A stretch of 27,003 nt of DNA from an uncultured virus (IMG/VR IMGVR_UViG_3300048911_000077) (IMGVR_UViG_3300048911_000077), one strand, 5' to 3'; shown: positions 17,497 to 26,370, counted from the stretch's first letter. The notes: generated from the letters alone by a model not told the origin. Made by a program: numbers and translations.

Positions 17497-18393
17497 TTAG
17501 ATACCAATTGCTACCCATCTAACTTGTCCCGATATACGTTGACCAACGGGGTTGCTATCACCATTGACAGATGCTCTCAACCTAAAATTTGTAGTAGCTA
17601 CAGACGATGTTTGAGCTACAGCATATAGTGCAGGATCACCTCCGACCGGAACATCAGACGTAGCTACTACACTGAAGATTGTGGTAAATTCTTTTGGGAA
17701 TGTTACAAGAATGTCCTCACTTGCAGAAGTTGTGGTCAATCCGAATTGTACAATAAGGCCACCTGGAAACTTTTGAAAACCTGGATTTGTGAGTGACTGA
17801 TTAGCGCCTTGGAAAGATTGCGCAAGCTTCAGCGCAGAAATTAACACCGTATCACTGCTCTGAGCTTGCGCTTGTGCTGTGGATGCAACTGTGGTCTTGG
17901 CATCTACTTCTGTTTTAGTATAAGTCTGAGCTTGTGAATATACAGAAAGATTTGTACGGGCGACCGCTGTATTTGTTAGGTCAGAGAGATTAGCCGATTT
18001 TTGTAAGTATCGGGCATCACTTTGAGTTGAAGTATAAAAGTCTGCTGCACTAGCAAAGGCAACTTCCCAATAGGTATCAGTGGTATCTGTTACTGGGTTT
18101 TGGTTAATACTTACTTGTTTTGCGCGATAAATAATCCCATCAGAACCCATGCAAATTGATTTAGTGCCGCTTAAACTATACTGGTATTCTGTAGTATTGT
18201 CCCAAACAGCAATACCATGCTGATTGATGTGGGCAATAGCTTGGTCCTGTTTATTATCGATGTAATTAAAGTATTGCCTTGCTGGAATCTCAACCTGCCA
18301 GCCTGTAGCAATTTTTGAATCAGATGGAGCTAAGACATCACCGGCAGCGGCCCATATTTTATTGATATCAGCAGGTTTGGTTATTTCAGCCAT
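17497..18393 (-). CDS. tail fibre protein (baseplate-proximal, gp53-like C-terminus)
   Basis: GWQVEIPARQYFNY N-terminus; GFQKFPGGLIVQFG...VTFPKEF...WVAIG C-terminus. Confidence 0.85.
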   Translation of the reverse strand: MAEITKPADINKIWAAAGDVLAPSDSKIATGWQVEIPARQYFNYIDNKQDQAIAHINQHGIAVWDNTTEYQYSLSGTKSICMGSDGIIYRAKQVSINQNPVTDTTDTYWEVAFASAADFYTSTQSDARYLQKSANLSDLTNTAVARTNLSVYSQAQTYTKTEVDAKTTVASTAQAQAQSSDTVLISALKLAQSFQGANQSLTNPGFQKFPGGLIVQFGLTTTSASEDILVTFPKEFTTIFSVVATSDVPVGGDPALYAVAQTSSVATTNFRLRASVNGDSNPVGQRISGQVRWVAIGI

Positions 18394-18407
18394 GTCTATA
18401 TTTTTCC

Positions 18408-18436
18408 TTTACAAGAATTCATGATTGTGTTATAGT
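18408..18436 (+). promoter_or_regulatory. sigma70-like promoter of the antisense endonuclease gene
   Basis: TTTACA-17 nt-TATAGT with a TG extended -10. Confidence 0.7.
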
Positions 18437-18472
18437 TTCGACATTACCAAAAAACTTAATTGAGGTTATAAA

Positions 18473-19087
18473 GTGAAACTGAGAAAGAGAAACAAATTAC
18501 TTAGCGGCGTAGGTGTTAATGATGCAAACTACAATGTCTATGAATATGGTATTGTAGAAGGTAAAAGAAAGATGACTTGGATTTGTCCATTTTACAATAC
18601 ATGGGGTAGTATGTTAGTTAGATGTTACTGCCCTAAGTACCAAAAGCAATTCCCTACCTATGTAGGTTGCTCCGTTACGGAAGAGTGGCATCTGTTCTCT
18701 ACTTTTAAGGCTTGGATGGAGAAACAAAATTGGGAAGGTAAGCACCTGGACAAAGACATCTTGTTTAAAGGAAACAAGACTTATAACCCTGAAACTTGTG
18801 TATTTGTTGATCCGAGAATTAACACCTTTCTTCTAGAAAATGGTGCAGTACGCGGAGACTATCCTATCGGTGTGTGTTTTCATAAGAGGGATAAAAAATA
18901 CACAGCAAAGTGCTGTTCTGCGGAGTCTGGTAAACGAAAACACTTAGGCTATTTTGATACAGCCGAAGAAGCTCATCAAGCATGGTTAGCTTTCAAACTA
19001 GAGCAAGCCAAGATATTGGCATCTGAGCAGTCTGATGAAAGAATTGCCAAGGCTCTTATTGAACGCTATGAGAACTATACTTACTAA
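18473..19087 (+). CDS. free-standing HNH-like endonuclease with C-terminal AP2-like domain, antisense to the tail operon
   Basis: WGSMLVRCY...PTYVGCSV.EEW..FSTFKAW...LDKDIL..GNKTYNPETCVFV...IN; PIGV.FHKRDKKY.A...HLGYFDTAEEAHQAW. Confidence 0.8.
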   Translation: MKLRKRNKLLSGVGVNDANYNVYEYGIVEGKRKMTWICPFYNTWGSMLVRCYCPKYQKQFPTYVGCSVTEEWHLFSTFKAWMEKQNWEGKHLDKDILFKGNKTYNPETCVFVDPRINTFLLENGAVRGDYPIGVCFHKRDKKYTAKCCSAESGKRKHLGYFDTAEEAHQAWLAFKLEQAKILASEQSDERIAKALIERYENYTY

Positions 19088-19108
19088 GCCCCTAATGGGG
19101 CTTTTTCT
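19086..19108 (+). terminator. Rho-independent terminator of the endonuclease cassette
   Basis: AAGCCCC-TAAT-GGGGCTT-TTTCT directly at the stop codon. Confidence 0.8.
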
Positions 19109-19113
19109 CTTAC

Positions 19114-19914
19114 TTAAATTTGGTAGAGGCTAGCAAAATATCCGCCAGAAACTGTAGTGTAGTCACTATCTCCGTAGTTTAAACCATAACCAAGCCCCCA
19201 GCCATAGCTTCCTGTAAATTCCCCGAAACCCTTAGCCCCTGGTACTCCGTCAAAACCAAAGAAATTGTCTCCATCATATTCTCCAAAATTTATCCTAACA
19301 CCAACCGTCTTTGGGATAAGTCTTGATGGGTAACCCGGTTCATTACTGATGTAGAAGAGGAGCGCTCTTTCAAAGTCAGTTAAGGTTCTAGATAACAATA
19401 CAGTAATAGAGGCGTCTCCCTCTTCTGTTAATACTGTCGTATCAGTCCCGAAAACAAGATTAAGTACTGCTAGAAATTCTTCTGGTGTAGATGATGTTGT
19501 ATTCTTGAAGATCTTGGCTTTAATAAAAAGTCTGTAGGTCGCATCGTCCAGTTCAATATTACCTCCAAGTGGTTTACCAAAGTCGTAGAACATGCCCCCT
19601 ACTGCTGTGTTACCAAGTTCACCAAAACTTGCTGCTTTAGTTGCACCTTGAAACCCAAAGAAGTCATAAAAGTCAGCATTCAATAAGATACGCTCTTGAC
19701 CAACGATTCTACCAATTACATCAAGCTGAGCACCTGTAGCAGTATCAAGACTTCTAAGCTGCATCAAATCTTTGAATACTTTCTGAATTTCTACTTGAGC
19801 GTTGATAAGGAGTTGAAGATATTTATCAAAAACTTCCTTTCCTACAAACTGCTCCGTCACTCGTTCACGAGCTTCAGAAAGATAATCGATTTCTTCAAAA
19901 GGCGTGATAGCCAT
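19114..19914 (-). CDS. baseplate wedge protein (DUF2612-like)
   Basis: LDTATGAQLDVIGRIVG, LDDATYRLFIKAKI; AAGGAG RBS before ATG at 19914. Confidence 0.85.
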   Translation of the reverse strand: MAITPFEEIDYLSEARERVTEQFVGKEVFDKYLQLLINAQVEIQKVFKDLMQLRSLDTATGAQLDVIGRIVGQERILLNADFYDFFGFQGATKAASFGELGNTAVGGMFYDFGKPLGGNIELDDATYRLFIKAKIFKNTTSSTPEEFLAVLNLVFGTDTTVLTEEGDASITVLLSRTLTDFERALLFYISNEPGYPSRLIPKTVGVRINFGEYDGDNFFGFDGVPGAKGFGEFTGSYGWGLGYGLNYGDSDYTTVSGGYFASLYQI

Positions 19915-19924
19915 ATACCACTCC

Positions 19925-21367
19925 TTATGTATTGATAATAATGTTGTCTGAGGATAGTGAAGCAATCATATCAAATGAAACTGGAATGCTATCTGTACTT
20001 GTAGGATTGGGAGATGTTCCAATAAACAAGCTATCTACTTCATGTCCTTTGACTGTGTTAATTGGGGTAAATAATCTACTCCAAATAACATCATCACCAA
20101 TACCAAGATTACTATCAAAGTATGCAATCAATGCTGATTTGATGTCGTCAACACCCGTACCTGGGAATTCACTATCAGTAGTGAGGTTGATCGTAATATA
20201 AACAGGTAGTGGATCAGGTCGTTCAAAACCAATATTATGAGAAAAACCTTGAGTGTCATAGATAACTACAACTGTGTCACCATAACTTCTGATACCCATT
20301 GGTTTATTTTCCCAAATGGTGTTTGCAATATCAATACTAACCCCACCAAGAACAATCGGCATAAAACTGTGTGCAGGAACACCAAAGGCATCTACAACAT
20401 CTGTATCATTTTCGTAGATTCTTACTTCCTCAACACCTTCAAGATTAATCAATGCTGAGTACAAAGCTTCAAGAATATTAGAAGCCCGTTCAAATTTAGT
20501 CTCTCTAAACCGTAGACGAAGTTCCTCATCTGTTTCAAGATTACGTCCGGGGCTCGCAGCTTGGGGGTTTGTAACGCTGTCCCAACCAAGCTGAGGGGTA
20601 AGAATAACATTCAAAGTATTAGCTTCAGCATTAACCTCTCCCACTACACTGCTCTGAACCTCACCAAGCTTTTGTACTTTAGTGATTCCAATATTAGAGG
20701 TAACAGTGAAAGTTACAGCAGAAAATTCATCAACACGACTAATTTTAAGAGCCGTACCTTCAATGCTGCTAACAAGACTTGGGTGGCTTGCAATTATTAC
20801 AGCATTCAACCCAGCAACAATTTCAGCAGCTGTAGCAGATGCATCACTTGTGAAATTGATCGTATTAGCAGTAGTGACGGATGTATAAGTTATGCTATAA
20901 ACTGTGGTGTTAGAAACCGTTATAGGAGTGACCGTAACACCGACAGCTTGAGAAGGAGAAAGAGCTACAGGAGACAGAATAGTCCACTGACTACTGTCAA
21001 TTGAGCTGCCTACAGTGAGCCCTGATGATACCAGAGTACCGTTGTCACCAGAAATGATCACTTGTGCCGTGGAATAGGTCTGTTCCTGTCTGGTGATACC
21101 ACCAAGGGCTACAAGGTTATCCAGAGCAATACCTGTTGCAGAGTTAGGATCAAATGCTTGATAATCAGCTTGTGCAACTTCCCACAAATCAGCCATACTA
21201 GGAGATACAAGCGCGATTAGTCTACCTAAAGCTGAGCTATCAGATGTATCGACCTGATCACCGGGTTCTATGAGATCTTGAAATAAAGAGGTAGCTTCAG
21301 CTCGTAAGTCTGAAAGTATCTCTGTCATTCTTTTTATTGTAAAGCCTTGGTCAGAAATACCCGCCAT
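19925..21367 (-). CDS. baseplate J-like wedge protein
   Basis: FDPNSATGIALD, GRNLETDEELRLR, PAHS, KPMGI. Confidence 0.9.
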   Translation of the reverse strand: MAGISDQGFTIKRMTEILSDLRAEATSLFQDLIEPGDQVDTSDSSALGRLIALVSPSMADLWEVAQADYQAFDPNSATGIALDNLVALGGITRQEQTYSTAQVIISGDNGTLVSSGLTVGSSIDSSQWTILSPVALSPSQAVGVTVTPITVSNTTVYSITYTSVTTANTINFTSDASATAAEIVAGLNAVIIASHPSLVSSIEGTALKISRVDEFSAVTFTVTSNIGITKVQKLGEVQSSVVGEVNAEANTLNVILTPQLGWDSVTNPQAASPGRNLETDEELRLRFRETKFERASNILEALYSALINLEGVEEVRIYENDTDVVDAFGVPAHSFMPIVLGGVSIDIANTIWENKPMGIRSYGDTVVVIYDTQGFSHNIGFERPDPLPVYITINLTTDSEFPGTGVDDIKSALIAYFDSNLGIGDDVIWSRLFTPINTVKGHEVDSLFIGTSPNPTSTDSIPVSFDMIASLSSDNIIINT

Positions 21368-21376
21368 TTTATTTCC

Positions 21377-21748
21377 TTAATTTATAGGGTTTAAAGTGAG
21401 GGGTGCTGAGATTGTCCCGTCCACAACTTTAATTTTAAAAATGAGATTATAATGTCTATTAACAAAAGTAGAATCCCAAGAAACAATTTCTTTAACACCT
21501 TTATCGGATAATACTTTTTGTTGTAGTATTAAATCAACTGCTGCTTTTGAAGTTTGCTTTTTGGCAAGTATTCTTTGTTCCCAAGGTATACCGTAAGTCG
21601 TATCTAAAAACCATTCTTCCATCCACGTTCTAAGAAGAATTAAAAGTCTTTGACCTGTAACTTCTACTGGTGTTTGAGTTGTGTCTTGTTTAAGCAACGC
21701 CCCATTCCGCCAGATGATATCTCCATCTAGATTTAGTTTAAAATCCAT
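21377..21748 (-). CDS. baseplate wedge/sheath initiator subunit (gp25-like)
   Basis: EWFLDTTYGIPW motif; AAGGAG RBS before ATG at 21748. Confidence 0.8.
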   Translation of the reverse strand: MDFKLNLDGDIIWRNGALLKQDTTQTPVEVTGQRLLILLRTWMEEWFLDTTYGIPWEQRILAKKQTSKAAVDLILQQKVLSDKGVKEIVSWDSTFVNRHYNLIFKIKVVDGTISAPLTLNPIN

Positions 21749-21758
21749 TAGTAACTCC

Positions 21759-22544
21759 TTATACTGTAGGAGTACCAGAAGTACCACTACCGGGTGTAAC
21801 CCCAATGTGTTTGTGTGTTGAAAATGGGATTCCATTAAAGGTGGCAATACCTGTTATGGTGTAGTTCCCCACTTGAGTCAGATTACCTTGTAGATTAATA
21901 TTTCCAATCCATTGTGTTATATCAGCATCTACTATCAAACTTGGAGTGTTAAAATTCAAACTACTTGCAGCGTTGATAGTTACATCAGAACCATTAATAA
22001 TAATCGGCATATTACTCGTTGTAATACCTATACTACCATCGGCCCTAATCCTAATCTCTGCCTCAGTACCACTTAAGTTGCCAAAAATTACAGTATCTTT
22101 AGTATCATGCGGGAGAATGTGTTTAGATGGATTATTGACAGCAGTTCCAGGAGGTTGAATACCCGGAAGGAAGATGGCATCACTTTTATCCATCTTAGCA
22201 AAATTCATAGGACTAGATGGTCTTCCGTTACCAGATTTCCATCCATCCATATTACGCATAGAGAATATAGCCATTCCTGTATCCCCAACCTCGATAGGAA
22301 AGGTAAAGCCAGACTTCTTAGAAACTTGGAAAGAAACCGGTATACCGGCGAGAATTGGGTACTCTTTAACTGTACCATCTTGAAACTTTTGATTAATAGT
22401 AGGTTGAATATCAACCATTTGACCATTCAACCCATCTCTGACAGCTACAACAATACAAGGAATATTTGTAAAGACATTATCCATCTGACTACTAAAGGCA
22501 CTGACCATTGAAGCTTGGATTGCTGCAACTGCTTCTGAACTCAT
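21759..22544 (-). CDS. baseplate central spike (Gp138/gpV-like)
   Basis: VDIQP, FPIEVGDTG, C-terminal iron-binding HKH then GVTPGSGTSGTP. Confidence 0.9.
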   Translation of the reverse strand: MSSEAVAAIQASMVSAFSSQMDNVFTNIPCIVVAVRDGLNGQMVDIQPTINQKFQDGTVKEYPILAGIPVSFQVSKKSGFTFPIEVGDTGMAIFSMRNMDGWKSGNGRPSSPMNFAKMDKSDAIFLPGIQPPGTAVNNPSKHILPHDTKDTVIFGNLSGTEAEIRIRADGSIGITTSNMPIIINGSDVTINAASSLNFNTPSLIVDADITQWIGNINLQGNLTQVGNYTITGIATFNGIPFSTHKHIGVTPGSGTSGTPTV

Positions 22545-23440
22545 CAGTTACCTCCTGATTTAATAACTTTTTCAAGGCTTGTTGCACGAATCTCTGTATA
22601 CCAACTTGAGCTTCTCCAGCCTCCAGTATGTCTCAACGATTCAACCTTTAACCAGCCATTAATTAGAGTGTCTTCTAATTTTATTATATCGCCTGCCCGA
22701 ATATCTGGGTTTAATAAAATCTTCATTTGGATGCCAGGTTTTTTTACTTTATCTTTCTTAGATCTTTGACGATCCCCAGAGACTCGATATGGGGTTTCAA
22801 TCAAGCCTGTGTATTTAGAAATAACGTAGGCTTCTTGAAAGTTTTCAGTGTTTCCTCTGTCGTTGTCATGGATATAAACAACGCCATCATCAAGTTGCCA
22901 ATTACACGCATACTTCTCACACAATTCATTTAACATTTCTTTAGGTGTACCACTTAAAGGGTAACCATAAAGCAAAGGATTGTTAAGATTTGTACCATTG
23001 AAAACCCCCCTATCTGCCCCAATTGCTTTAATTAATCTGTTGGCAGCATCTTTAGGAGATTGTCCTTCGGGGACAAATTCAGACAAGACTTGATGATTCA
23101 ATTCAACATAGCCAGTGCCTAAAGTGATCTGAGTCACCCTATCCGTCCCAGACTTTCTAGTACTCACATGTGTTACTTGCCCAGAAAACAATCTTTGTGG
23201 ACCGCCTGTATCTAGATAACCAGCTTCAAAAACTGCTGCTGGGTAATCGGTGTCTAAAAGTTTTATATGATCTTCACTTAGATTGTAAATTTCAATAGCA
23301 GCACTGTTAGTTTTTTTCTTATTATCTGAAGATTTAGAAATATCAAAAGTTACCTGAAGATCTGTAATCTCTAGCGCGTCTCCAGATTGATAATCACCCA
23401 CTATCAAACGATACTGCCTGTTGCGTTGTAGTAGGTCCAT
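22544..23440 (-). CDS. baseplate hub protein
   Basis: NSAAIEIYNL, EAGY, LLNPDIRAG; located between Dit-like and spike genes. Confidence 0.8.
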   Translation of the reverse strand: MDLLQRNRQYRLIVGDYQSGDALEITDLQVTFDISKSSDNKKKTNSAAIEIYNLSEDHIKLLDTDYPAAVFEAGYLDTGGPQRLFSGQVTHVSTRKSGTDRVTQITLGTGYVELNHQVLSEFVPEGQSPKDAANRLIKAIGADRGVFNGTNLNNPLLYGYPLSGTPKEMLNELCEKYACNWQLDDGVVYIHDNDRGNTENFQEAYVISKYTGLIETPYRVSGDRQRSKKDKVKKPGIQMKILLNPDIRAGDIIKLEDTLINGWLKVESLRHTGGWRSSSWYTEIRATSLEKVIKSGGN

Positions 23441-23443
23441 ATA

Positions 23444-23776
23444 TTACTCTTCTCTAAAAATATAAAAACAGTTATAGTACTGATCAATTGAGTCTGGATA
23501 GGTTTTATAGGGTTCAGAAATAATATCTGCCTTTTCTTCCATCCAAATAAACCCAGTAAGTGGGAAAATAGCGTAATCTTTTAGAATTGGATAATTTGGA
23601 ACTAATGCCTCACCAAGTACAATTGGATTACTCTCGGAGTCATATAAACTTATAAAATACAAACCAACTCTTTCATTATAGACGAACTCAATTATGTAAG
23701 AATTACCTTGAAAAGCTATTGTATAAGTGTAGTAAGGATCTGGAAATAAAGGCATTGTTACATATTTATCAGCCAT
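23444..23776 (-). CDS. small baseplate/virion structural protein
   Basis: Typical size and position in myovirus tail modules. Confidence 0.7.
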   Translation of the reverse strand: MADKYVTMPLFPDPYYTYTIAFQGNSYIIEFVYNERVGLYFISLYDSESNPIVLGEALVPNYPILKDYAIFPLTGFIWMEEKADIISEPYKTYPDSIDQYYNCFYIFREE

Positions 23777-24566
23777 TTTCTCTAGCCTTCCTTAATGGGT
23801 CAGTGTCTTTAGGGGCATTGTCCCCTGCATTAGCTCCATCAACATTCTGGGGTGTGCTGTCTTGTTTGCCTTTGGATGCTTTACTAGAAGCTTTCTTCTT
23901 AAGAGAGTTTTGTACATCTTTAGGAATTACAGTTTTTTTGAGGAAAGCAAAGGTAACTTGTTCGAATGTAATGTCACAATACAATCCATAACCTGTATTA
24001 GCATCTTCCTTAAAGGTGATCTTAGTCATTACAAGGTTGTTAATCAGCTTACGAAGAAGGGTATTATCATATTCGAATAAACGAACAAGTTGTATATTAG
24101 GATCAAATTGGCCTGATTTTTCGTTGAAGACAACTCCGGCAGTAAGGTCAATAAGGGCTTGTCTAATCTGCTCAATTAGATCTGTACGTCTGCTATCTAC
24201 TACAACTTCTGGTGTACTGTCAGATAAAAACTGTCCAATACTATCTGGAATAAATTTCTTGAGAACGCTTTTATCGGTTGAGTTTACACTAACAGCTGTA
24301 GGTGCCTCGTTGCTATTGTAAGGGGCGTTACCATCCAAATCTTGGATTAAATAGGTTCCTGTAGAAATATCTACACCTGTAATAACGGCACTAATAGTAA
24401 ATACAGGATTATTACGGATAAAATGGTCCGTGATATTTCCACCTTGATCTACTGGATGTTTTGTAACACTCCCAGAATAGTTCTGTGTATAGGTCTGGAC
24501 TGCATCACAGTAGATAAAACCTCCCTCGTCAATTGAGGAGTCACCCCACCCGATTGCTAAACTCAT
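23769..24566 (-). CDS. tail tube initiator/Dit-like baseplate protein
   Basis: VTKHPVDQGGNITDH motif; immediately downstream of the tape measure gene. Confidence 0.8.
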   Translation of the reverse strand: MSLAIGWGDSSIDEGGFIYCDAVQTYTQNYSGSVTKHPVDQGGNITDHFIRNNPVFTISAVITGVDISTGTYLIQDLDGNAPYNSNEAPTAVSVNSTDKSVLKKFIPDSIGQFLSDSTPEVVVDSRRTDLIEQIRQALIDLTAGVVFNEKSGQFDPNIQLVRLFEYDNTLLRKLINNLVMTKITFKEDANTGYGLYCDITFEQVTFAFLKKTVIPKDVQNSLKKKASSKASKGKQDSTPQNVDGANAGDNAPKDTDPLRKARENG

Positions 24567-24576
24567 AGGTGACTCC

Positions 24577-25636
24577 TTATTGTTTCACTGGAAATTGAAC
24601 ATTTACTTGGTCAAAAGACTGAACAAACATATTTGCAACTGCCTCACCGATAGCTTGAGCTTGAGCAGTTGCATCCAAACCTTGAAGGGTTGATCCATCA
24701 ACATTAACTTCAATATTGATTTCATTACTATTGTTATTCACAATACCCATAGCCTTATCTTCAGCAGCAGCCTTTGCCATCTCAGCTTGTTGATCATCAT
24801 AACCAGCCGCATCGTGATAGTACAAAGAATTTGGATCTTCGTATACAGCCCTGCCGCGTTCCCTGGCCCTAGACATATTAACACCAGTGTTATTAATGAT
24901 GTCTCCAACAATTGCAGCAGGAGATGCGTACTCTAAACCAAATAAATTGGCTTTTTCTGTTGCGCTATTGTTTGTAGGCTCTGTAGGGAGCGTTCCACTC
25001 TTCCACTTTTGAAATTCAGCTATTGCATTCATAATAGAAGCAATTTCACGAGCGGTTGACTCTAAAGTTGGTAAGAAGTCAAATTTAATAGAAGATATGT
25101 CTGTAAATATTTGTTGGATATTTTTCCAATCTTCCTGTAGTTGCTTTGTTTTATCAATTCCCAGCCAATCAGCAACTACGCTATCTTTACCCTCTAAAGC
25201 CCTGATAAAAGATTGAGGAAAAAGAAGTAAATCATCAGCCCATTTAGTGGCTTCATTAAAGCCCTCGGCTAAAGTCCTGACCAACCCACCACTCTCACTC
25301 AAACCAGCATTAAGGGTACGGAAAATACGCGCAAAACCCTCCTCTACGCCTGAATTTGAAGCTAGTACAGCCATGTCGTTTACAGAGTTTTGGTAGCGGG
25401 CTTGTTCAGCCTGGGATGCTTGAGAGGCATTTGCCAACGCACCCCCTTGGTTTGCTCTTTGTGACGCAGCAGCGCCGGCATAAGTCAGGATATCACTAGT
25501 AACTTTACCTTTTTTCATATCAGCTAAAAGAGCCTGAATGGCGTCAGCACCAGTTTTGTTTCCTCCCAGCTTAGCTTGGTATGCTTGTGCGAAGAGTGCT
25601 GTACCTCCGGGGAGGGCTTCTGCGATTTGACCTGTA
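24577..25636 (-). CDS. tape measure protein, 3' exon
   Basis: The frame of ORF 24577..25518 stays open 39 codons upstream (TGQIAEALPGGTALFAQAY...ALLADMKKGKVTS), continuing the tape measure domain. Confidence 0.9.
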
Positions 25637-25710
25637 CTTTATATTCAAGCAGAGACGCTACTCTCTGCCCCGTTCTCAAGGAACTGCTATAACTCTCGCT
25701 ATAGAATAGA

Positions 25711-26115
25711 CTACATCTTGGTGTTTTGTAAATATTCGATTGCGTTGTGTAAGATATCAATTTGATCCTTTGCGTGACCAATGATTAAATTACAACTATT
25801 ACAAAGAAGACCCCTAACCTTGCCTGTTGCATGACAATGGTCAATATTTAATCCATAGTAGATATTTCTACCATTTCTGCAAATACTCTCGTGTTTACCA
25901 CAAATTTTGCAGCAGTCGTTTTGTATAAGTCTAAGATGATCATACTCAGCTTTTTCTATACCAACGAACTTTATTTTTGTTTTTAAAGCTAAACATTCAA
26001 AGCATATAGTGCTGTACTTTAAAGGATTATCTTCTTGGTAGTGGTCACGGTCTTTTCTTTTAAAGAACTTAATAATTTCCAGTTCTTCTTTGCAATACGT
26101 ACAAATTTTATACAA
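25711..26115 (-). CDS. intron-encoded Endonuclease VII-family (His-Me finger) homing endonuclease
   Basis: N-terminal CxxC...CxxC; QNDCCKIC...LNIDHCHATGKVRGLLCNSCNLIIG; lies in the P8 loop. Confidence 0.9.
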   Translation of the reverse strand: MYKICTYCKEELEIIKFFKRKDRDHYQEDNPLKYSTICFECLALKTKIKFVGIEKAEYDHLRLIQNDCCKICGKHESICRNGRNIYYGLNIDHCHATGKVRGLLCNSCNLIIGHAKDQIDILHNAIEYLQNTKM

Positions 26116-26267
26116 GTAACACCCCCCCTGTTTCGGCTACGCTTGTAGCCTACTCTACTCCGTTCCACATTAATGTGCCGTTTCGATAGTCGTTGAACGT
26201 TCCCTTTCGGGCTTCGCTGCTGATTTTCCAAAATAGTTGTTTTCAAACATTCACGCTTGAACCATAT

Positions 26268-26296
26268 ATTATACTTAGGTTCTACGTTGTAGTCAA
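26268..26296 (-). promoter_or_regulatory. intron-internal sigma70-like promoter upstream of the endonuclease ORF
   Basis: TTGACT(26296-26291)-17 nt-TATAAT(26273-26268). Confidence 0.6.
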
Positions 26297-26370
26297 CTAT
26301 TAATAAGGACTTTCCAGCAATTAAAGGGGTAAATTTTTCTGCATATTTCTATGCAGCGAGCCTAATATTA

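Larger units (their letters stand above)
25637..26370 (-). mobile_element. group I intron (IA-like, 734 nt) in the tape measure gene
   Basis: P1 GAGCU/GGCUC with U-G; P2 CUGCAUA-GAAA-UAUGCAG; P AAUUGCUGGAAA; Q AAUCAGCAG; R GUUCAACGACUA; S AAGAUGUAGUC; P9 GNRA hairpin; terminal G; splicing restores the frame. Confidence 0.93.

Noticed and set aside
12451..24321. + strand ORFs within the late arm other than 18473..19087
   Set aside because: Antisense shadows of structural and lysis genes
25524..25781. 85-aa - strand ORF
   Set aside because: It spans the intron P7/P9 structure and exon 2 out of frame, with no RBS or recognisable motif
26019..26246. 75-aa - strand ORF
   Set aside because: It coincides with the ribozyme core (Q, R, P7.1/P7.2, P3); incidental open frame
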